From a virus, in the IMG/VR virus record IMGVR_UViG_3300045988_007535, positions 1-5,710 of that record: a DNA stretch of 5,710 bases. The stretch is one strand, 5' to 3'. Position numbers and translations under genes: made by a program. Below, in pieces: positions 1-4,321 of the stretch. The notes beneath the pieces are model-generated. The model saw only the letters and a program-made list of their open reading frames with translations, made no database searches and was not told the origin of the DNA. How positions within the stretch are numbered: position 1 is the first letter of the stretch; the number at the start of each line of letters is the position of its first letter.

Positions 1-55
1 AAATCTGACCCTGTGGAAATCAGCCTAGTAGGCGATGCACCGGTATTTGGGTATA
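1..55. repeat. Terminal direct repeat, copy 1. Assembly overlap that marks a circular genome.
   Basis: AAATCTGACCCTGTGGAAATCAGCCTAGTAGGCGATGCACCGGTATTTGGGTATA at 1..55 is identical to 5656..5710. The offset of 5655 is divisible by 3, and the capsid reading frame continues across it. Confidence 0.95.
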
Positions 56-1002
56 GCACCATCCAAGATACCGCCAAAATAACAGATAAAATAATCCTGA
101 ACCAACCGTGGCCAGCAAACAGCACAACGGATTTTCTAAACACGGAAAAAGGGGGAAAACTGACAGGAAAAGGCGTACAGGATGGAGGCAACTACACTGC
201 AGAAGCATTCCTAAAAGCAGACCTCAGCAATGTTACAGGAATCAGCATTGCAGACCTACGCATGAGCATCGCACTGCAGCACATTTTCGAAGCCGATGCA
301 CGCAACGGCACGCGATACCGCGAGTTCCTTTCCGGCACATGGGGCGTGACAAGCCCGGACAGCCGTCTGCAGATTCCTGAGTACATCGGCGGACAGCGCA
401 TCCCAATCAACGTAAATCAGGTTGTACAGACAAGCCAAACGGACCCGACGACCGGACAGGCACTAGGCAATACGGCAGCATACAGCCTGACCACATGCAG
501 CAAGCAGATGGTGGACTATGCAGCAACTGAGTACGGCTTCATCATTGGTTTGGCGGTGGTACGAGTAGAACACAGCTACCAGCAGGGACTTGCGACCAAG
601 TGGACACGCGGCGGGCGGTTCACATACTACGACCCACGTCTGGCAGCACTGGGCGAACAGCCGGTGTACAACCGTGAAATCTATGCACAGGGCACAGCCG
701 AAGATAACGAAATCTTTGGCTACCAAGAGGCCTGGGCGGACTACCGCTACAAGCCTTCTTACGTAACCGGTGAAATGAGGTCTAACTACCAGACAAGCCT
801 TGACGCATGGCACTATGCAGACGATTATGACGCACTTCCGCGTCTCTCGGCAGAGTGGATTCAGGAAGGAACACAGAACATTGACAGAACAATTGCAGTA
901 ACAAGCGCAAAAAGCCATCAATTCTTGTGTGACTTCTACTTCACAGAAGATTGGTACCGCGAAATGCCTATTTACAGCATTCCCGGCATCGAAAGAATCT
1001 AA
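1..1002 (+). CDS. VP1: Major capsid protein VP1 (phiX174 F homologue), C-terminal part. Continues from 5014..5710 across the circular junction; stop TAA at 1000..1002.
   Basis: Frame 1 is open from base 1 (KSDPVEISLVGDAPVFGY...). The same peptide is encoded at 5656..5710, in frame with ATG 5014. The joined ORF is 1644 nt (547 aa), typical for Microviridae capsid proteins. The ORF-track start at 13 (GTG) is internal. Confidence 0.93.
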   Translation, partial: KSDPVEISLVGDAPVFGYSTIQDTAKITDKIILNQPWPANSTTDFLNTEKGGKLTGKGVQDGGNYTAEAFLKADLSNVTGISIADLRMSIALQHIFEADARNGTRYREFLSGTWGVTSPDSRLQIPEYIGGQRIPINVNQVVQTSQTDPTTGQALGNTAAYSLTTCSKQMVDYAATEYGFIIGLAVVRVEHSYQQGLATKWTRGGRFTYYDPRLAALGEQPVYNREIYAQGTAEDNEIFGYQEAWADYRYKPSYVTGEMRSNYQTSLDAWHYADDYDALPRLSAEWIQEGTQNIDRTIAVTSAKSHQFLCDFYFTEDWYREMPIYSIPGIERI

Positions 1003-1012
1003 GAAAGGAGGA

Positions 1013-1038
1013 AGCCCCGCAAAAGCGGGGCTATTTTT
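1013..1038 (+). terminator. Factor-independent terminator/attenuator between VP1 and VP2
   Basis: Perfect 8-bp GC-rich stem AGCCCCGC (1013..1020) / GCGGGGCT (1025..1032) with an AAAA loop, followed by ATTTTT (1033..1038). It starts 11 nt after the VP1 stop. Confidence 0.75.
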
Positions 1039-1040
1039 GA

Positions 1041-1898
1041 ATGGAGACATTATTAAAACTTTTGCCATCACTCATGCAAGGACTGAGCATGCTAACAGGC
1101 ATCATAACAAGCAGTAACCAGAGCGGCGCCAAGAACAGCCAAGGAGCCGGCAGCGAGAGCAGCACAGGCAGCGAGACCACAACCGGCAGCATAACAGGAC
1201 CACAACAGATAGGCGCAACACAAATCAGCACACCAACAGGCGTCACAACATTCGGCAACCAAAGCAGCGTAAACACCGCAAACGCACTGCAAATGATGAG
1301 CGGACTGCTGAGCAACCTCGCAAATGCTGGAAGCCAAGCAAGCGCCAAGAAGTACAACAGTGCAGAAGCGGCAGCAGAACGAGCGTTTCAAAAGGAAATG
1401 CGCGGGACAGCCTATCAGGACACCGTAAAGGACATGATCGCAGCGGGCATCAATCCTATCCTAGCAGCGACCAACGGCGCAACAAGCGCACCATCGGGAG
1501 CATCTGCAAGCATTGGAAGCCAACGTTATAACCAGCAGAGCGCACAGGCTGCAAGCGTATCCGCAATGTACGAATATGGCAACAACACGGCAGAGCTGGC
1601 AGACAAATACTTACAGCTGGCAAAACAGGCCACCAGCGCAAAACAATTTAAAAATGCGAAAAGCTGGGAACAGGCAGCGAGCGAGCTGGCAACCTCAAGC
1701 GCAAAACAGGCGCAACAGTACACCTATGCAGCTAGCAAATTAGGTGCAGGCCTTGCGGGAGCCGGCAAAGCAGCCAAAAAAGCAGCAGAAAAGGCTGGCA
1801 AAGCAGCCAAAGACACAGCTGGAAACTTCAAAAAATACAACCAAAGAGTACCAATCATGCCAAACATGGACGCATTCAACGCATACAGAGGAGACTAA
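1041..1898 (+). CDS. VP2: VP2 minor capsid / DNA pilot protein (phiX174 H analogue)
   Basis: 285-aa ORF directly downstream of the capsid gene. It has a hydrophobic N-terminus (METLLKLLPSLMQGLSMLTGII) and a long Ser/Thr/Gly/Gln-rich low-complexity segment. The block EMRGTAYQDTVKDMIAAGINPILAA matches the conserved (S/G)TAYQ...AG(L/I)NP.LA motif I recall from gokushovirus-type VP2 proteins. The tail is Lys/Ala-rich. Confidence 0.82.
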   Translation: METLLKLLPSLMQGLSMLTGIITSSNQSGAKNSQGAGSESSTGSETTTGSITGPQQIGATQISTPTGVTTFGNQSSVNTANALQMMSGLLSNLANAGSQASAKKYNSAEAAAERAFQKEMRGTAYQDTVKDMIAAGINPILAATNGATSAPSGASASIGSQRYNQQSAQAASVSAMYEYGNNTAELADKYLQLAKQATSAKQFKNAKSWEQAASELATSSAKQAQQYTYAASKLGAGLAGAGKAAKKAAEKAGKAAKDTAGNFKKYNQRVPIMPNMDAFNAYRGD

Positions 1899-1904
1899 GA
1901 AAAG

Positions 1905-1934
1905 GAGGGGGATGGCAAAACATCCCCCTTTTTT
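1905..1934 (+). terminator. Factor-independent terminator after VP2
   Basis: Stem GGGGGATG (1907..1914) / CATCCCCC (1921..1928), extendable by A1906-T1929, with loop GCAAAA. A run of six T follows (1929..1934). It begins 7 nt after the VP2 stop. Confidence 0.8.
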
Positions 1935-1961
1935 AGTAACAATAATCCAAAAAATAAAGAA

Positions 1962-2133
1962 TGTGGAAAACTTGAGTTTTCAACACTTTCAACAGGTTTT
2001 CAACAACAAGTTGCACAAAGAAATTCGTCAAAATGACGAACATTCAACAATTCAACAAGTTTTCAACAAAGTTTTCTACAGGCAAAAAGGCAATAAATAA
2101 ACGTAGTAACGTAAAAAAAACAAGTTTTCAACA
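1962..2133 (+). repeat. Iteron-like array of TTCAACA / GTTTTCAACA units in the VP2-rep intergenic region
   Basis: TTCAACA starts at 1979, 1988, 1999, 2043, 2051, 2062 and 2127. The extended form GTTTTCAACA starts at 1976, 1996, 2059 and 2124. The 14-mer ACAAGTTTTCAACA occurs at 2055..2068 and 2120..2133. The first unit has an inverted partner: TGTGGAAAAC(1962..1971)-TTGA-GTTTTCAACA(1976..1985), 9 of 10 positions complementary. Confidence 0.85.
2024..2040. promoter_or_regulatory. Perfect inverted repeat / hairpin between the two TTCAACA triplets
   Basis: TTCGTCA (2024..2030) - AAA - TGACGAA (2034..2040): 7-bp perfect stem with a 3-nt loop. It lies between the repeat cluster at 1979..2005 and the cluster at 2043..2068. 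Confidence 0.6.
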
Positions 2134-2194
2134 GTTTCCACGCTACTACTACTACGACTACAACAAGTTAATATAAAAAGAAAGCGAGGTGTCA

Positions 2195-2229
2195 ACCGGC
2201 ACAAGATAGACAAGGAGGCTTGTGCCGGT
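2195..2229 (+). promoter_or_regulatory. 11-bp perfect hairpin carrying the rep Shine-Dalgarno sequence in its loop
   Basis: ACCGGCACAAG (2195..2205) is the exact reverse complement of CTTGTGCCGGT (2219..2229). The 13-nt loop ATAGACAAGGAGG contains AAGGAGG (2212..2218). The 3' arm covers the GTG at 2222, and ATG 2237 lies 8 nt after the stem. Confidence 0.65.
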
Positions 2230-2236
2230 AACAAAA

Positions 2237-3226
2237 ATGCCATGTACAAAACCATTAGTATTTCAGATGGATACGAAAAAACCGAAACTGTGGGGAAGTC
2301 TGGAAAACCTATCAAAGCAAGAACTGCAAGCGAACATCATGGACGGAGTCAAAAAAGGAAAATACGCATTGTTACCATGCGGTAAATGCGAGTACTGCCG
2401 CAAACAGATGGCAGACCAATGGGCAACAAGAATAGAGCTGGAGGCCAAAGAGTGGGACGATGTGATTTTTCTGACGCTAACTTACGATGATGAGCACATA
2501 CCTTACGGCGAAATTATCAAAGGATACCAGAGCATCCAAAGCCAAACTGTAAGCAAACGAGACGTGCAGCTATTTATGAAACGTCTACGGAAAGCATACA
2601 AGAAGCCGATAAAATACTTTTTAGCGGCAGAATATGGCGACAGAACAAAAAGACCACACTATCATGCTATAGTATTCGGATTAAAGCCACCGGATGCACA
2701 ATGGTATAAAAACCAAAAAGGCAACAGCTATTTCAAAAGCGAGTGGCTACAAAAAATCTGGGGCAAAGGCATGATAGACTTTTCACCAGCACAGCCGGGT
2801 AGCTTTGCATACGTGGCACAATACGTCAACAAAAAAGCCATAGGTGCAGAGCAAGCGGCAAAATACTGGATGGAAGGCAGAGAGCCAGAGTTCCGAATCA
2901 TGTCGAAAGGCATCGGCGAAAAGTATCTGAACGAACACAAAGATGAAATCTTGAAAACAGATAGCATCATATGCGCAGGAGGGCGCGAGAAAAGGCCTCC
3001 ACGCTATTTTGATAAGATTCTAGATAAGGATACCAGCCAAGACACAGAAAACTATTTTAAGGCACATTCTGACGAGCTGAGAGAGGTTAGAGCCAGACGC
3101 AGACGCAGTGCGATACAAAGTTTAGTAAATCTCGAACAGTCTACAAGCGTGGATTATGAAACCTATCTAAACATTCAGAGGGAAAAGGACAAGCTAAAGC
3201 AAAAATGGCGTGAACCGAAAGCATGA
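2237..3226 (+). CDS. VP4: Replication initiation protein VP4 (HUH rolling-circle endonuclease, phiX174 A-like)
   Basis: All three RCR motifs are present: FLTLTYDD (motif 1, from about 2468), RPHYHAIVFG (HUH motif, His146 codon at 2657) and FAYVAQYVNKK (paired tyrosines YxxxY, codons at 2810 and 2822). The last is almost identical to YVAKYVNK, as I recall the phiX174 A sequence. A Cys cluster PCGKCEYCR is typical of microvirus VP4. The ORF is open from GTG 2222. I prefer ATG 2237 because it gives the MPCxxP N-terminus common in VP4 proteins, but the start is ambiguous. Confidence 0.93.
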   Translation: MPCTKPLVFQMDTKKPKLWGSLENLSKQELQANIMDGVKKGKYALLPCGKCEYCRKQMADQWATRIELEAKEWDDVIFLTLTYDDEHIPYGEIIKGYQSIQSQTVSKRDVQLFMKRLRKAYKKPIKYFLAAEYGDRTKRPHYHAIVFGLKPPDAQWYKNQKGNSYFKSEWLQKIWGKGMIDFSPAQPGSFAYVAQYVNKKAIGAEQAAKYWMEGREPEFRIMSKGIGEKYLNEHKDEILKTDSIICAGGREKRPPRYFDKILDKDTSQDTENYFKAHSDELREVRARRRRSAIQSLVNLEQSTSVDYETYLNIQREKDKLKQKWREPKA

Positions 3227-3233
3227 CGCGCAC

Positions 3234-3303
3234 AGCGCTTATAATGAATGGATTAGCCGCATTCCGCTTTAGCTCCATGCGGCAGAGCGCTAAAGCGCTT
3301 TTC
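3234..3303 (+). other. Structured non-coding segment after rep, with nested palindromes. Possibly a weak terminator and/or an ssDNA structural element.
   Basis: Three copies of the self-complementary hexamer AGCGCT (3234..3239, 3286..3291, 3294..3299). A 7-bp hairpin GCCGCAT (3256..3262) / ATGCGGC (3277..3283) has a 14-nt loop. A short hairpin AGCGC-TAAA-GCGCT (3286..3299) is followed by TTTC. Confidence 0.4.
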
Positions 3304-3358
3304 AAACCAAAGGAGCAAAACCAGCAACTAATATATCAATCTATTTTCTTAAAAAACC

Positions 3359-3387
3359 TTGACTTTTTCCCAAAAAAATGGTAGAAT
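3359..3387 (+). promoter_or_regulatory. Strong sigma70/sigmaA-type promoter with extended -10
   Basis: -35 TTGACT (3359..3364), a 17-nt spacer, TG at 3379..3380, and -10 TAGAAT (3382..3387). This gives TGgTAGAAT, an extended -10. An A/T-rich UP-like tract (TATTTTCTTAAAAAA) lies just upstream. The predicted start near 3394 is immediately before AGAAAGGAGG (3396..3405). Confidence 0.75.
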
Positions 3388-3413
3388 ATAATCACAGAAA
3401 GGAGGCCACAAAA

Positions 3414-3596
3414 ATGGCTGAACAAAAAAAATACAAGTTCTTAGTAGTGGTAAACCACGACGACTGCACCAACACAAAAGAGCTGCAAAGCATGACGACA
3501 AAAGAAGCAAGAAATTACGCAAGTAAACTTGCACAATTACGCGGGATTGATTCTGTTGAACTTTACCGTATTGACAAAACAGAGATTTTTGCATAA
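3414..3596 (+). CDS. Hypothetical 60-aa protein, first gene after the strong promoter
   Basis: ATG 3414 lies 8 nt after AGAAAGGAGG (3396..3405), so the ORF-track start at 3378 would be upstream of the predicted transcript start. Sequence: MAEQKKYKFLVVVNHDDCTNTKELQSMTTKEARNYASKLAQLRGIDSVELYRIDKTEIFA. I recognise no family motif. A terminator follows immediately. Confidence 0.7.
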   Translation: MAEQKKYKFLVVVNHDDCTNTKELQSMTTKEARNYASKLAQLRGIDSVELYRIDKTEIFA

Positions 3597-3600
3597 AATA

Positions 3601-3640
3601 AAGACAGACGACCAATATTGGTTGTCTGTCTTTTATATTT
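3601..3640 (+). terminator. Factor-independent terminator after the 60-aa ORF
   Basis: 14-bp stem AAGACAGACGACCA (3601..3614) / TGGTTGTCTGTCTT (3619..3632) with one G-U pair and loop ATAT, followed by a T-rich tract TTTTATATTT overlapping the 3' arm. Confidence 0.8.
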
Positions 3641-3660
3641 AAAAGAAAGGAGATAACACA

Positions 3661-3777
3661 ATGGCACACAGAAGCGGAGCGGGTCGAGGAGACCAGAAAC
3701 GTTTTACCCAGACTGCAAAGCGGGTAAAAAACATCAACGTCCGGCCAAAGGTCAGCCGGGGCGGCATCAGGCTGTAG
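3661..3777 (+). CDS. Small basic DNA-binding/packaging protein candidate (phiX174 J / gokushovirus ORF8-VP8 analogue), 38 aa. Absent from the ORF track because it is shorter than 60 aa.
   Basis: ATG 3661 lies 8 nt after AGAAAGGAG (3644..3652); stop TAG at 3775..3777. Translation: MAHRSGAGRGDQKRFTQTAKRVKNINVRPKVSRGGIRL, with 10 Arg/Lys in 38 residues. From memory, the C-terminal RGGIRL resembles the RGG(I/R)RF ending of the ORF8 proteins of Chlamydia phages and SpV4. Confidence 0.6.
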   Translation: MAHRSGAGRGDQKRFTQTAKRVKNINVRPKVSRGGIRL

Positions 3778-3812
3778 CTGGACAAAGGCCAAAAAAGAAA
3801 GGAGGTGGTTTA

Positions 3813-3923
3813 ATGGCACTGATTAAGGTCAAGGACGTCAAAGAAGCGATTGAACTGATGATGAGCATTCTGGAAAAGCTTGACGAGATTTACCACGCAC
3901 TGAAGAACGCGGGGAAGGAGTAA
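3813..3923 (+). CDS. Hypothetical 36-aa helical peptide, translationally coupled to the peptidase gene. Absent from the ORF track.
   Basis: ATG 3813 lies 7 nt after GGAGG within AGAAAGGAGGTG (3796..3807), the longest SD in the window. Stop TAA is at 3921..3923, 2 nt before the next ATG. Translation: MALIKVKDVKEAIELMMSILEKLDEIYHALKNAGKE. There is no transmembrane stretch, and the residue periodicity suggests an amphipathic helix. Confidence 0.5.
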   Translation: MALIKVKDVKEAIELMMSILEKLDEIYHALKNAGKE

Positions 3924-3925
3924 AG

Positions 3926-4318
3926 ATGCTGCATGAATACAGCTTATTCAATCAGGGCACCCACCAAGTAAGCGAACACTTCAAAGTGAAAGAATTTGCA
4001 CAAAAAGACTACCGGTGTGATAAAATTCTCATTGAATCAGAACTAGTAAAAGTGCTGGAAGATGTAAGAACACACTTCAATATGCCGGTGATCATCACCA
4101 GCGGATACAGAACACCAGAATATAACAAGAAAATCGGCGGTGTAAAAAACTCACAACACACAAAGGGCACAGCAGCCGACATCAAAGTGAAAACGGTGCT
4201 AGCAAGCGAAGTGCAAAGATACCTAAACCGCAAATATCCAGACAAATACGGAATAGGCAGATACAAAAACTTTACGCACATAGACGTAAGGGAAAAGAAA
4301 GCTCGATGGAGGGGCTAA
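3926..4318 (+). CDS. Zinc peptidase of the M15 / LAS superfamily (D-Ala-D-Ala carboxypeptidase-like cell-wall peptidase; endolysin candidate)
   Basis: 130 aa. Contains SGYRTPEYNKKIGGVKNSQHTKGTAADI and NFTHIDVR. These follow the SGYR....N...S.H..G.A.D and .H.D pattern of peptidase M15A/M15_3-type enzymes. Predicted Zn ligands are His78 (codon 4157..4159), Asp85 and His118. SD AAGGAG (3915..3920) lies 5 nt before the ATG. No signal peptide or transmembrane segment is evident. Confidence 0.85.
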   Translation: MLHEYSLFNQGTHQVSEHFKVKEFAQKDYRCDKILIESELVKVLEDVRTHFNMPVIITSGYRTPEYNKKIGGVKNSQHTKGTAADIKVKTVLASEVQRYLNRKYPDKYGIGRYKNFTHIDVREKKARWRG

Positions 4319-4321
4319 AAC

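Noticed and set aside
108-380. Out-of-frame + strand ORFs nested in structural genes: 108..380 (90 aa), 929..1117 (62 aa), 1513..1743 (76 aa) and 1744..2100 (118 aa). These could be overprinted genes like phiX174 B, K or E.
   Set aside because: None has an SD in a genome where real genes nearly always do. The translations are Arg/Gln/His-rich compositional shadows. ORFs 929..1117 and 1744..2100 run straight through terminator hairpins. Overprinting cannot be excluded without comparative data, but nothing here supports it.
463-1071. Long minus-strand ORFs: 463..1071 (202 aa), 1031..1357, 1092..1391, 3349..3819 (156 aa), 4336..4788 (150 aa), 4566..5033 (155 aa) and shorter ones.
   Set aside because: All lie antisense to well-supported + strand genes. 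They give Cys/Leu/Arg-rich, low-complexity translations with no motifs and no SD. Some span + strand terminators and promoters. Microviridae are transcribed from one strand. The + strand looks A/C-rich, which keeps antisense frames open by chance.
1962-1970. TGTGGAAAA is the reverse complement of TTTTCCACA, which fits the relaxed DnaA-box consensus TTWTNCACA.
   Set aside because: It is a single copy. The expected chance count over both strands of a 5.7-kb genome is roughly 0.3. It is better explained as the inverted half of the GTTTTCAACA palindrome at 1962..1985.
1912-2100. 62-aa ORF (MAKHPPFLVTIIQKIKNVENLSFQHFQQVFNNKLHKEIRQNDEHSTIQQVFNKVFYRQKGNK) starting 3 nt after GGAGG inside the VP2 terminator.
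   Set aside because: The ATG sits within the terminator stem, and the SD spacing is too short. The repeated peptide pieces (QQVFN) simply mirror the DNA-level TTCAACA iterons, which continue past the ORF end to 2127. A non-coding origin or regulatory role is more economical. Conservation in relatives would reopen the question.
1975-2133. Possibility that the short direct repeats are a CRISPR array or transposon ends, or that the element is an integrated prophage.
   Set aside because: The units are 7 to 14 nt with 1 to 4 nt gaps, unlike the 24-nt or longer repeats and 25-nt or longer spacers of CRISPR arrays. There is no cas gene, transposase, integrase or att-like flank. The 55-nt terminal identity is fully explained by circular assembly.
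2143-2160. Short trinucleotide run CTACTACTACTACGACTAC just upstream of rep.
   Set aside because: It has only about 4 to 5 imperfect units, too short to call a functional microsatellite or a phase-variation tract. It is noted as part of the low-complexity spacer.
3244-3384. 46-aa ORF (MNGLAAFRFSSMRQSAKALF...) in the rep-downstream spacer, and a TATAAT hexamer at 3240..3245.
   Set aside because: The ORF has no SD and runs through the hairpins and the 3359..3387 promoter. The TATAAT has no acceptable -35 at 16 to 18 nt and no TG extension.
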